A stretch of DNA of 45,855 bases, from the NCBI GenBank assembly GCA_964384165.1, contig CAYLKB010000001.1, positions 2,030 to 47,884 of the forward strand, in the 5' to 3' direction. Shown piece after piece: positions 1 through 9,261 of this stretch. The notes under the pieces are model-generated. The model did no database searches. It had not been told where the DNA came from and worked only from the letters and a program-made list of their open reading frames with translations. Position numbers and translations under genes: made by a program. The stretch is from an uncultured Methanosarcinales archaeon. Lineage in GTDB: Archaea > Nanobdellota > Nanobdellia > Woesearchaeales > UBA583. The first letter of the stretch is position 1. Every line of letters starts with the position of its first letter.

Positions 1-59
1 GTGTTGCTGAATTTAATTTCTCTTTATTATCTAGTCCACCACCTAGTACTATTAATGCA

Positions 60-821
60 TTAACCATTGTTAATATTTAATTGTGATATTTTTTTATTTA
101 AGTACCAATCTAGAAGATATTTCAAATTTACTATGTCTTCTTTATTGTATAAGAGAAGTTTTTTTAATGCATTTTCATCTCCATTTTTATATTTTCTCCA
201 AAGTCTTACTGCTTCAAATCCATCTACATTTTCAACTTCAATGTCTCTTGTGATTTGTAGTTCTTTTTCAATTTTTTTTAAACCACCTCTAAGGTCATAT
301 TCTTTAAGTAAATATCGTAAGTCAAGATGCAAAAAATCATATTTTCTTTTTGCTTTTTGTTCTATAAAAGGTAAATCAAATGTTTTTCCATTAAATGTTA
401 CAATTATGTCAAATTCATCAAGTTTATCATATGCTTCTTCAAGGTCTTGGCCTTGTATATAACTTTTAGCTATTTTACCATCATATATCCCTATCATTGT
501 GATTTGGTCTGTCCATCTTGAAAGTCCTGTTGTTTCAATATCAACATATGCAATTTTTCCAAGATTTGCTAGTCTGTAATGAAGATTTGGGTTTAATTTT
601 TCACAAAAATATTTTATATTTGAACAATTTAAATTTTCTATTGAAAAAAATAGTTCAGTTTTGATGTTTTCAAGTTTTGATTTTGGTATGCAGTCTATTT
701 CATCAAATTTTTCAATGAATGTATCCCAGTCTAAAATTCCATTTGCCCATAAAATTTTTTCTGTGTTTTCAGATATTCCTGGAGTGTGACAGAATGTGTT
801 TTTTATCATAAGTTGTTGCAA
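60..821 (-). CDS. RNase H-fold 3'-5' exonuclease (YprB / RNase_H_2-like)
   Basis: 253-aa ORF with the acidic Exo-I-like motif AYVDIETTGL, followed by IVTFNGKTFDLPF and LYNKEDIVNL. This is the pattern of DEDD/RNase H-like YprB-type exonucleases. The overlapping + ORF 67..462 is low-complexity antisense. Confidence 0.65.
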   Translation of the reverse strand: MQQLMIKNTFCHTPGISENTEKILWANGILDWDTFIEKFDEIDCIPKSKLENIKTELFFSIENLNCSNIKYFCEKLNPNLHYRLANLGKIAYVDIETTGLSRWTDQITMIGIYDGKIAKSYIQGQDLEEAYDKLDEFDIIVTFNGKTFDLPFIEQKAKRKYDFLHLDLRYLLKEYDLRGGLKKIEKELQITRDIEVENVDGFEAVRLWRKYKNGDENALKKLLLYNKEDIVNLKYLLDWYLNKKISQLNINNG

Positions 822-870
822 TAAAAAGTGTTTATAAATTTTAATATTTTGATTAACAAGTGAAAGAAAA

Positions 871-1311
871 TTAATGTAATATTTGTTTTTGTTCTTTTAC
901 TTTTTTATATGAAAAATCTTTAGAATATTTACTTTCTATTTTTCCATTATTCTCTATAATAATTAACATTTGTTCAATATCTAATTTCATTTGTTCAGGA
1001 CTTGCTCTTATAGAATAATATTCTGGAGGAAGATCTGTTGAATTATTATAGTATACATATCCTTCAATTCTTTTTGATGTTCTAATTAATACTATTTCAT
1101 AATAAATCTTATTTTTTGAGATAGGGAGTATAAAATCATTTGAATATGAAATATTCTCATTAGTTTCTTCATCATAATAATAATCCATGACTTCCCAGTT
1201 ATTTTTTTCTGCAATTTCTTTAAATATTGAATATTCTACAGGTTCAGAAAATTGTACATCTAATAAATCTTCTATACTCTTATCTGAAGGATGAAATTGA
1301 TATTTGTCCAT
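871..1311 (-). CDS. hypothetical protein
   Basis: 146-aa ORF, same orientation and spacing as its neighbours. No recognisable motif. Confidence 0.45.
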   Translation of the reverse strand: MDKYQFHPSDKSIEDLLDVQFSEPVEYSIFKEIAEKNNWEVMDYYYDEETNENISYSNDFILPISKNKIYYEIVLIRTSKRIEGYVYYNNSTDLPPEYYSIRASPEQMKLDIEQMLIIIENNGKIESKYSKDFSYKKVKEQKQILH

Positions 1312-1372
1312 AATATAATCTTCTTATTAATATTATTTTAAAAATATATTTATTCTTAGATAGAGAATGTGA

Positions 1373-3331
1373 TTACAATATTTCTCTGTTTTCTCTTTCT
1401 TTTTTTATGTTTGAAATGAATTCTTCTATGTTCATTGTAGTTGTTTTGTTTTTTCTATCTCTAAATGATATTGAGTTATTTTTAATGTCTTCATCACCAA
1501 TTATTATCATATAATTTGGTTTATTTTTTTCAAATGATAATCTTATTTTATTTGATACAGTCATTGCTTCGTAGTTTTTTTCAACTCTGAATCCTTCTGA
1601 AAAAAGTTTGTCATAAACTTTATTGCAATAATCTACATGTCTGTCTGCAACATTTATTATTTCTATTTGTACTGGTGCTAGCCATAGTGGGAATTTTCCT
1701 GCAAAGTGTTCTATCATTACTGCCATGAATCTCTCAACACTGCCCAATATTGCTCTGTGTATCATAACTGGTCTTTGAGGTTTTCCTTCTGTAGTTTCGT
1801 ATTTTAATTCGAATCTTTCAGGCAGGTTAAAGTCAAGTTGAATAGTTGCTGTTTGGTGAATTCTATTAATGCAGTCTCTTATCCTAAAATCTATTTTTGG
1901 TCCATAAAATGCACCATCGCCTTCACAAATTTTGTATTCTTTTCCATTTCTTTTAATTGCTGTTGCAAGAGATTTTTCTGCTTTTTCCCACATTTCATCT
2001 GTTCCAAGAGACCCTTCTGGCCTTGTTGAGAGTTCGATTTCGTATGTCATTTGGAATGTATCTTTATAGACATAGTCAACAAGTTGGATTAGTTTGTCAA
2101 TTTCATCTTCTATTTGTTCTAATGTACAAAATACATGAGCATCGTCTTGACAGAATTTTCTAACTCTTGTAAGGCCTGATAAAGTGCCTGATAGTTCATT
2201 TCTGTGTAGGGCTCCAAAGTCTGCAATTCTTAGAGGAAGGTCTTTGTATGATTTGAATTCGTTTCTAAATATTAGACAATGAGATGGACAATTCATTGGT
2301 TTTAATGAAAATTCAACACCTTCAATATCTAGTATGTACATGTCATCTTTATAATGTTCCCAGTGGCCTGATGTTTCCCATAATTTTTTATTGAACATGT
2401 TTGGAGTCATTACTTCTTTGTAATCTTGTTTTCTATATTGTTCTCTTATGAAATTTTGTAATTCTCTATATATAATAAATCCGTTTGGAAGAAAGAAAGC
2501 CATTCCTGGAGCATATTCGTGATTCATGAAAAGGCCCATTTGTTTTCCAATTATTCTATGGTCTCTTTTTTTTGCTTCTTCAAGCATTTTATAATATTCT
2601 TCCATTTCTGAGCTTTTCCAGAATGCAGTACCATATATTCTATTTAATTGTTTATTATTATTATCTCCCCTCCAGTATGCTTTAGTGATTTTTTCCAGTT
2701 TGAATGCTTTTACAAGGCCAGTTCTTGGTAGGTGTGGGCCTGTGCAGAGGTCTGTAAATTCACCTTGAGTGTAGAATTTTAGTTTTCCATCTTCTTCTGT
2801 GGACCCTTCTTCTTTTTCTTCTTCTTTTAAATTACCTTCAAATATTGCTTGAATAATTTCTTGTTTGTATTGGTTGTTCTTGAAAAAATTTATTGCCTCT
2901 TCCTTTGTTTTTGTTAGAAATGATATTTGATAATCTTCTTTAATTATTTTTTTCATTTCATTTTCTATTTTTGGTAGGTCATCGTCTTTTAATTCTTCAA
3001 GGTCTACATCGTAATAAAAACCGTTTTCAATTGCTGGGCCAATAGTTATTTTTGCTTTTGGGTATAATCTTAGAAGAGCTTGAGCAAAAATGTGAGCTGT
3101 TGTATGTCTTAGAATGTTTAAACTTTCTTTTGATTTTTGCGTTATAATTTCTATATCAGAGTCCGTGGTAATGGTAGTGTTCAAATCTATTAATTTGCCG
3201 TTTGCTTTTGCTGCTATTGCTTGTCTTGCAAGGCCTTCAGAAATTGATTCTGAAATTTGTTTTGCACTTACTTGTGATTCGTATACTTTTTCATTACCAT
3301 CGGGAAATCTGATTTTCACCATAGAAATCAT
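1373..3331 (-). CDS. thrS: threonine--tRNA ligase
   Basis: 652 aa. N-terminal TGS-like segment (VKIRFPDG), editing-domain HxxxH motif (HTTAHIFAQA), class II core motifs (FRNEFKSYKDLPLRIADFGALHRNE, RVRKFCQDDAHVF, GAFYGPKID) and a C-terminal anticodon-binding domain. Confidence 0.95.
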   Translation of the reverse strand: MISMVKIRFPDGNEKVYESQVSAKQISESISEGLARQAIAAKANGKLIDLNTTITTDSDIEIITQKSKESLNILRHTTAHIFAQALLRLYPKAKITIGPAIENGFYYDVDLEELKDDDLPKIENEMKKIIKEDYQISFLTKTKEEAINFFKNNQYKQEIIQAIFEGNLKEEEKEEGSTEEDGKLKFYTQGEFTDLCTGPHLPRTGLVKAFKLEKITKAYWRGDNNNKQLNRIYGTAFWKSSEMEEYYKMLEEAKKRDHRIIGKQMGLFMNHEYAPGMAFFLPNGFIIYRELQNFIREQYRKQDYKEVMTPNMFNKKLWETSGHWEHYKDDMYILDIEGVEFSLKPMNCPSHCLIFRNEFKSYKDLPLRIADFGALHRNELSGTLSGLTRVRKFCQDDAHVFCTLEQIEDEIDKLIQLVDYVYKDTFQMTYEIELSTRPEGSLGTDEMWEKAEKSLATAIKRNGKEYKICEGDGAFYGPKIDFRIRDCINRIHQTATIQLDFNLPERFELKYETTEGKPQRPVMIHRAILGSVERFMAVMIEHFAGKFPLWLAPVQIEIINVADRHVDYCNKVYDKLFSEGFRVEKNYEAMTVSNKIRLSFEKNKPNYMIIIGDEDIKNNSISFRDRKNKTTTMNIEEFISNIKKERENREIL

Positions 3332-3564
3332 TAAAAAGGTATATTTTATAAAGTTTTGTTATAAGAAAAGTTTTAATTAATAATTGTGATAAACTCATTT
3401 AATTAAATTTAACCTTTTTTTAACCTTTTTAACAACAAGCCTTTTTAGTAAAACTATTAGCTCATTAATAATTTATATATATTTTAGCTATACTTTTTAT
3501 AATATAAAGTAAGAATTCAAAATAATTGATGTTTGGTCCTTAATAGTTTTTTTTGGAAAATTAA

Positions 3565-4152
3565 TTATAATAATATTGAGGATATTGTTACTAACCCTAT
3601 TAGGATAAAAGAAAAATTAGCAATAATTTCTATTTTATCTTTGTTAAATTTTTTTAATAAAAAATTTCCAAAAATAATTGCAAGTATTGTTAATAAAGAT
3701 AATCCAATTAAAATTCCAATTAATACTAAAATTGGATTATAAAGTGTTGCAAATATGGCTGCCATAATTTGACTTTTATCACCAAATTCTGCAAATAATA
3801 TTATCAAGAGTATTGAAAAAAATGGAGATTTTAGTTCTTTAATTGAAAAAAATTTAATATTTTTATCTTTTTTATGGTTATTTATTTCTTTAATAAAAAA
3901 TCCAGTTATTCCAAAAATAATAAAAATTGATCCTGAGATAATTTTTATCCATAAAATAGATATAAAATTAGAGATTTCATTTGCAAAATAAATAGCAAAT
4001 CCATCAATTATAATAAATGCTAACATTGCTCCAAAAAAAATTTGAAAAAAATTTTTATATTTTGCACTAATTGAAACTACTGCAATTTGTGTCTTATCAC
4101 CAAATTCAGCAATTATAATTGAGATTAATGGAATAAACAAATCTGTAATCAT
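3565..4152 (-). CDS. UPF0016 (GDT1/TMEM165-type) cation transporter
   Basis: 195-aa polytopic membrane protein with two copies of the family-defining E-x-G-D-K-[TS] motif (AEFGDKTQ and AEFGDKSQ), one in each half. Confidence 0.85.
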   Translation of the reverse strand: MITDLFIPLISIIIAEFGDKTQIAVVSISAKYKNFFQIFFGAMLAFIIIDGFAIYFANEISNFISILWIKIISGSIFIIFGITGFFIKEINNHKKDKNIKFFSIKELKSPFFSILLIILFAEFGDKSQIMAAIFATLYNPILVLIGILIGLSLLTILAIIFGNFLLKKFNKDKIEIIANFSFILIGLVTISSILL

Positions 4153-4230
4153 AATAAGAATTACTTAAAACTATTTATAATATTTTTTAATTAAATATAA
4201 TAACTAAAGATTAGAATTATAATTAATATT

Positions 4231-4755
4231 TTAGTTATATTCGTTATCGTATAAGTCAAATGATTTTTTTACATCTGATAGAGCTCTTTCTTTATTATTC
4301 CATTCTCCTACTTCTACTTTTTTGTCCTGCAGGTTTTTATATACTCTGAAAAATTCTCTGATTTCTTCTAAAAAGTGTTTTGAAACGTCAGTAATATCTT
4401 GTGTGTCATTAAATCTTGGGTCTTTGCAAGGTACTGCTAAAACTTTAGCATCTCCATCTCCACCATCAATCATGTCTAATACTCCTATTGCTCTACACTT
4501 TATTAGACAACCAGGAACTAATTCTTCTTCTGACATTACAAGAACATCAAGTGGGTCGCCATCATCCCATAGAGTTTGAGGTACGAATCCATAGTTTGTG
4601 TTATAATGCATTGGTGTGTATAAAACTCTATCATAACAGATAAGGCCTGTTTCTTTATCAACTTCGTATTTTACTCTTGAACCTTTGGGAACTTCAATAA
4701 TTACATTGAATTCTTCAGGTTTTTTTCTGTCTATGTCATGCCATAAATTAGTCAT
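4231..4755 (-). CDS. ppa: inorganic pyrophosphatase (family I)
   Basis: 174 aa with VIIEVPKGSRVKYEVD and DGDPLDVLV signature segments. Confidence 0.93.
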   Translation of the reverse strand: MTNLWHDIDRKKPEEFNVIIEVPKGSRVKYEVDKETGLICYDRVLYTPMHYNTNYGFVPQTLWDDGDPLDVLVMSEEELVPGCLIKCRAIGVLDMIDGGDGDAKVLAVPCKDPRFNDTQDITDVSKHFLEEIREFFRVYKNLQDKKVEVGEWNNKERALSDVKKSFDLYDNEYN

Positions 4756-4802
4756 TGTAATAATAATTAAATCTGAAATATTTATAAGATTAATGTTTGA
4801 TT

Positions 4803-5450
4803 TTATATAAATAGTTGCCCTAAATTTTTGTATCTAAATATAATATACAAGGAATAAATGAAGATTATAATAATGAAAAATAATTTTTCAAGTTCTCCAA
4901 AATACATTAGGGCAATACTTACTGAGAATGCTAAGAATATTGCAAATATCAAATATGAAAATGATTTTTTAACAATTGCAAATATTACAAGAATACTAAT
5001 TGCAAGATTTATTATGAAAATTATTATAAAACTTATAAAAGCAATTTGGGTTGTTTGTAAGAATTTTATATTTAGGTCTATTGGAAGTATACTAAAAATT
5101 AAATTGAAGAATAATAAAGAAAATATATTGATTGATTCAATAGTGGTCCAACCAATAGCAAAAAGAACGGCATTTTTTATACTTTTAGTTTTTACGAATT
5201 TCTTTAATGCTAAGAATTTTGCAATTTCAGTAACTGATATAGTGAAAAATACTATTGCAATAGATGGTAATATATTTGTTACAAAGAAATCTTTGAATAT
5301 TGATTCTACAATTTTGAAAGGAAGTTGGATAAGAAGTACAGCAAAGAATGTTAAGTATCCAAATAGGAGATATTTTATTTTTGGTTTTTCAACTCTGATA
5401 AAAATATATGTTATAAGAAGAGCAAAAACAATTTCTGGAATGTAATTCAT
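4803..5450 (-). CDS. multi-pass membrane protein (function unknown)
   Basis: 215-aa strongly hydrophobic ORF with about 6-7 predicted TM stretches. Preferred over the mirror + ORF 4858..5445, which is K/N-rich and low-complexity. Confidence 0.55.
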   Translation of the reverse strand: MNYIPEIVFALLITYIFIRVEKPKIKYLLFGYLTFFAVLLIQLPFKIVESIFKDFFVTNILPSIAIVFFTISVTEIAKFLALKKFVKTKSIKNAVLFAIGWTTIESINIFSLLFFNLIFSILPIDLNIKFLQTTQIAFISFIIIFIINLAISILVIFAIVKKSFSYLIFAIFLAFSVSIALMYFGELEKLFFIIIIFIYSLYIIFRYKNLGQLFI

Positions 5451-5513
5451 ATTTTTAGATATACAAAAAGATATATAAAGATTTCTTCAATTCTTTTAGT
5501 TATAAGTTATTTT

Positions 5514-5551
5514 GCCAAGATCGCATAATCCGGTATTGCGCAACCCTGGAA
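5514..5551 (+). tRNA. 5' half of chromosomal tRNA-Ser(GGA): acceptor 5' strand, D-arm, anticodon-stem 5' strand, loop nt 32-37
   Basis: GCCAAGA-TC-GCAT-AATCCGGTA-TTGC-G-CAACC-CTGGAA. The acceptor strand GCCAAGA and anticodon-stem strand CAACC are exactly complementary to TCTTGGC and GGTTG at 37304-37345. No T-arm or 3' acceptor strand follows locally. Confidence 0.8.
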
Positions 5552-5553
5552 AG
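5546..5553. repeat. left copy of att core / direct repeat CTGGAAAG
   Basis: An identical 8-mer is found at 37297-37304. It coincides with anticodon loop nt 32-38 plus one further nt. Confidence 0.75.
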
Positions 5554-6536
5554 AACGAGCAATAAGCACTACTTCTCATATTAATCCAAGTGTTGGAATT
5601 GGAAAAACCCAATTAAATGACTTGTATCTATCAAATTCTCAACAATTTGTCAATCAAGTAATCCAAAAAGAAGGAGATACAAATATTGTCCAAAAAGATG
5701 ATTTTATGTTAAAAAGTATATACTTTATAGAGAGAAAAAAATTTGAAAAATATGTGAAAAAGACTTTTTCTACAACTTATAGTGTTAGTGTAACTAATCA
5801 TCTTCAAAAAATATTTGAAAAATATGATGTAAAATCAATTCCAGAGATGAAAAAATTAGTCAATAGTGGAAAAATACATCAAAAAGGTGGAAGTCTTGCT
5901 ATTAGAGTTCTTTTAAATTATTGTGAAAGAAACGATTTAATAGATATTGATGATATAGATGCTATTAGAAGAAGAATAAAAATTGAAAGTAAAGAAAATA
6001 TAGATAGATTTATTCCAAATGATAATGATATTGAGAAATCTATTAATTATATTAAAGAAAATTTAGAAAGAAAACATCTATTGATTTATCATTTTATGAT
6101 ACAAACAGGGTGCAGGTGGACTGAAACTGTTGATTTCTTTAAAACATTTAATGAAAAACATTTAGAAATTGAAGGAGATGTGTGTGCTTACTCTCATTTT
6201 TATTTAAGAGGTAAGAAAACATCTTTCTATTTGCTCTTTACAAAGCAATTATATAATGAATTAAAACCATTTATTGGTAAAATTACTAAAAAGGATATGA
6301 TTTATTTGAAGAGAAAAATACAAAGAGATAAAGAAGAAGGAACAATTTGTTTGAAATATTTGAGAAAATATTGTTTTACTTCTATGATTAAGAGTGGAAT
6401 TACAATTGAAGTTGCTAATATGATTAATGGTAGAAGTCAAAAATCTAATGTAGGCATAACTCACTACTTGAACCAAAAAGAGATTATGATAAAAGAGTAT
6501 CAAAAAGTTATGGAAAAATTCTTGGAATTGGTTTAA
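5547..6536 (+). CDS. SSV-type tyrosine integrase, C-terminal fragment Int(C) (gene partitioned by integration)
   Basis: The frame is open from 5529 through the att core (..QPWKERAISTT..) into ORF 5622..6536. Tyrosine-recombinase-like boxes: MIQTGCRWTE, LRKYCFTSMIKSG, GRSQKSNVGITHYL. It is a paralogue of the intact integrase at 35403..36710 (TGCRWTE/EGDVCAY versus SGARWKS/YGDVAVY). No plausible ATG lies at the junction. Confidence 0.75.
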   Translation, partial: WKERAISTTSHINPSVGIGKTQLNDLYLSNSQQFVNQVIQKEGDTNIVQKDDFMLKSIYFIERKKFEKYVKKTFSTTYSVSVTNHLQKIFEKYDVKSIPEMKKLVNSGKIHQKGGSLAIRVLLNYCERNDLIDIDDIDAIRRRIKIESKENIDRFIPNDNDIEKSINYIKENLERKHLLIYHFMIQTGCRWTETVDFFKTFNEKHLEIEGDVCAYSHFYLRGKKTSFYLLFTKQLYNELKPFIGKITKKDMIYLKRKIQRDKEEGTICLKYLRKYCFTSMIKSGITIEVANMINGRSQKSNVGITHYLNQKEIMIKEYQKVMEKFLELV

Positions 6537-7822
6537 TTATTATTTATTTTTTCAACATATGAAGGATAAGTAATTGGTGATAATTTATAAAAATAATAAT
6601 AAAGACCACACATTTCAAAAAATTCAAAGATATTTTCTAAAACATCATCATCTATCCAAAAATCTTTATAGTAATTACAACCTTCATATAAAAAATTCTT
6701 CATTAAAGAATATTCACCTTCAAATGGTTCATATTTTGATATTTTTTTATATATATTTCTTTCAGAATAAGTAATTATATTCCCAAAAATATCAAATTGA
6801 TTTTTCACATCTATTTTTTTCCTTTCTTTATCCATATCTTTAATAAAGTTTAATAATAGTTTTTTATAATTTCCTTGATATTTTTTTAATAATTTTAATG
6901 TTGAAAAAAATGAATTAAATTCTTCTCCTATTGCTAATATGAATTTTTTATATGTTTCAAGATAATTAAATTTATCACTTTTTTTAAAATTCTTTCTTAT
7001 TTGTTCATCATATATATATTCAAGATATTTGATATAATTATCTTCTACTATTGTTTTTATTATTTTATCATAATTAGAAAAATAAACAGATTTTAATTTT
7101 TTAAATCTTTTAATTTTATAATCTAAATTTTTAGAGTTATAATCAATTGTCATTATTTTATCAATTTCCATTGAATTTATAGTGGCTGTTTCATATTTAG
7201 AATATTGTTTTTTTAATCTACCTTTATTATCAATATTATTTTTAATTTTTTTAAAATTTTCTGTGTTTTGTAATTCTTTATAAAAATTAATTCTATCTAA
7301 ATTTAATTCATCAAGAGTATAATTTATCAAATAAGATATTAAATATTTATTTAATTCATAATAATTATTAGATTTTGAAAAAGTAACTATATTTGTTTCT
7401 TTTATATCTTTCAGGGAAGTATTATAACTACTCAAAGAAATTTTTTTCTTTTTTAATCTATTACTATTTGTATAATATTGAGATTGAATTCCTTTTTTTA
7501 AAATAAATTCTTTTATTTCTTCATAATCATTATGAAAGACTTTTATTACTGTAATTATTAAAAGTATTTCTTGTGTTTTAAAACATCTTATATCCTTAAT
7601 TTCTTTCATAATTAACTCTTTGTTAAAGTTTTCTTTGGGTGGAATTGGCAAATTACATATTTCAGTTTCTAAATTATTTTTAAATTGAAAATACATCTCT
7701 TTCCATCTTTGTTGAATTTTTTTAATTACTTCTTTATCTTTTTTTATTTCATAGTTCTTATGTAAATATTCCTTAAATCCTGTAATAATTTCTGTTTCTA
7801 AAGGAAGACCATTTGATTTCAT
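6533..7822 (-). CDS. hypothetical protein (N/K/Y-rich, 429 aa)
   Basis: Long uninterrupted ORF, convergent with Int(C) with a 4-nt stop overlap. No recognisable motif. Confidence 0.5.
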   Translation of the reverse strand: MKSNGLPLETEIITGFKEYLHKNYEIKKDKEVIKKIQQRWKEMYFQFKNNLETEICNLPIPPKENFNKELIMKEIKDIRCFKTQEILLIITVIKVFHNDYEEIKEFILKKGIQSQYYTNSNRLKKKKISLSSYNTSLKDIKETNIVTFSKSNNYYELNKYLISYLINYTLDELNLDRINFYKELQNTENFKKIKNNIDNKGRLKKQYSKYETATINSMEIDKIMTIDYNSKNLDYKIKRFKKLKSVYFSNYDKIIKTIVEDNYIKYLEYIYDEQIRKNFKKSDKFNYLETYKKFILAIGEEFNSFFSTLKLLKKYQGNYKKLLLNFIKDMDKERKKIDVKNQFDIFGNIITYSERNIYKKISKYEPFEGEYSLMKNFLYEGCNYYKDFWIDDDVLENIFEFFEMCGLYYYFYKLSPITYPSYVEKINNN

Positions 7823-7938
7823 AATAAATTATAATTTATTTTATTTAAATTTCTATCGTTTTAAAATTAATATATAAGGGTTACTTGTAAATCAACAACA
7901 AGTGAAATCTCTATCTTCATAGGTATTAACTATTGTAT

Positions 7939-7955
7939 CCTTGTTTGAAACAAGG
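7939..7955. promoter_or_regulatory. perfect 17-bp palindrome CCTTGTTT-G-AAACAAGG upstream of the wHTH gene (candidate operator)
   Basis: 8-bp arms around one central base, read directly, 16 nt upstream of the ATG at 7971. Confidence 0.35.
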
Positions 7956-7970
7956 TAGTTAAAATTTAAA

Positions 7971-8573
7971 ATGACAAATATTAATTTGACAAATAAAGAA
8001 ATAGATAAACTACCAATTCAAGAAAGAATTGGAACATACTATCTATTGAAAAGAAAAAATGCTACTAATGTAATTATTGCATTAGGTAGAGGTTACAATA
8101 CTGCATCTCAAATTAAGAGAGAATTTAATTTGTATCACAATACAGTATTAATAATATTAAAAGAATTTGAGAATAGAAATATTGTAGAAAAAATAAATAA
8201 AGAAATGAAAAAAAGTTGGACTTTTGCTTTAACTGATTATGGAATTAAATTACTACAAACACTTGGAGAAGAACCAAGTATTAATATCTCAAATAATGAT
8301 GTTGAAATAAATGAAATCAAAGAAGAAGTTAAGGAAAAATCAAAAGAACTTGTTCAAATTACTAATCCTAAAAACAATGTTGCAATGTATGTTAATGGTA
8401 AGTATAAAGAATTAATTGATATTATTGAAAAAGAAACTCCTCATAATAGATATACTATTGCAGATATTGGTTTTAAATTACAATTAATTAAAATTGCAAA
8501 GATGTGTAATGACAATCATAAAGTTAATGATTGGTTTGAGAGGTATGGAAATAATTTAAGTGAGGTGATTTAA
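7971..8573 (+). CDS. winged-helix (ArsR/MarR-like) DNA-binding protein
   Basis: 200 aa. The N-terminal segment NVIIALGRGYNTASQIKREFNLYHNTVLIILKEFENRNIVEK...WTFALTDYGIKLL has an HTH-plus-wing pattern. It is the first gene of a tightly packed + operon running to 10184. Confidence 0.6.
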   Translation: MTNINLTNKEIDKLPIQERIGTYYLLKRKNATNVIIALGRGYNTASQIKREFNLYHNTVLIILKEFENRNIVEKINKEMKKSWTFALTDYGIKLLQTLGEEPSINISNNDVEINEIKEEVKEKSKELVQITNPKNNVAMYVNGKYKELIDIIEKETPHNRYTIADIGFKLQLIKIAKMCNDNHKVNDWFERYGNNLSEVI

Positions 8574-8942
8574 ATGAAAAGTAAAAGTATAAATGACTTA
8601 ACTCATTTTTTGAATAACAATTATAGTATTATACAATGTAAATTTAATAATACTAAATATGAGTTTGAAACAAATATGCCATTAGGTTATTACTATGAGT
8701 TTATTGAATTTGAAATATATGTTTCAAAACAATTAATTAAAAAAGTTCACCCTTGTATTGATTGGACAGAAGAAATTGAACAAGTTTTCAATGATAATAA
8801 TCTAAATAATATTGAAAAATATAATGAAAAACTTCAATTAATAATTACAACGATGGATAATGTGGAAGTCTTTATGTTAATTGATTATTATAATGAAATA
8901 ATTCAAATTATAAGTAGTGAGGAAATGAAAAATGAATTATAA
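8574..8942 (+). CDS. hypothetical protein
   Basis: 122-aa ORF starting 1 nt after the upstream stop, preceded by a GAGGTGA-like SD. Confidence 0.5.
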   Translation: MKSKSINDLTHFLNNNYSIIQCKFNNTKYEFETNMPLGYYYEFIEFEIYVSKQLIKKVHPCIDWTEEIEQVFNDNNLNNIEKYNEKLQLIITTMDNVEVFMLIDYYNEIIQIISSEEMKNEL

Positions 8943-9261
8943 AACTCATAGAAGATGGACTAAAATGGAATATGATAATATGAAACAAGATAGATTAAAT
9001 GGTATGTCTTATGAAGATATTTCATTAAAATACAATCGTGGTTTAGAGGGAGTAAAAAGAAAATTTTTTAGAGGACATAGTAAGGATAAAAGATTGTCTA
9101 AATATATTAATCCACATTTTATTAGAAAATTTAAAGATGATTATTTCAATCAAAATTTGCCAACAAATGAAATTACAAATAAATATGGATTTAATAGAAA
9201 TCAACAGGTATATCAAATTGCTCATAGATTAAAAAAAGAAGGTGAAAAAAGAAAATGTTAA
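8932..9261 (+). CDS. hypothetical protein, possible Myb/SANT-like HTH
   Basis: 109 aa. HRRWTKMEYDNMKQDRLNGMSYEDISLKYNRGLEGVKRKF resembles a Myb-like helix-turn-helix. Overlaps both neighbouring genes. Confidence 0.45.
   Translation: MNYKTHRRWTKMEYDNMKQDRLNGMSYEDISLKYNRGLEGVKRKFFRGHSKDKRLSKYINPHFIRKFKDDYFNQNLPTNEITNKYGFNRNQQVYQIAHRLKKEGEKRKC

Noticed and set aside
67-3742. Short + ORFs inside or opposite the exonuclease, thrS and UPF0016 genes (67..462, 1838..2029, 1957..2163, 3114..3380, 3533..3742)
   Set aside because: They are antisense to genes with strong family signatures and have no motifs or start context.
4858-5445. 195-aa + ORF mirroring the membrane-protein gene
   Set aside because: It has a K/N/I-rich low-complexity composition. 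The minus-strand product is a coherent polytopic membrane protein in the same orientation as the neighbouring operon.
5514-5553. Reading the tRNA-like fragment at 5514 as a decayed pseudo-tRNA or a partial att duplication of the internal tRNA-Ser
   Set aside because: Its stems are exactly complementary to the 3' fragment at 37303-37346 on the same strand. They are not complementary to the internal minus-strand tRNA (36827-36909), which differs in every stem. It is therefore one half of a separate gene.
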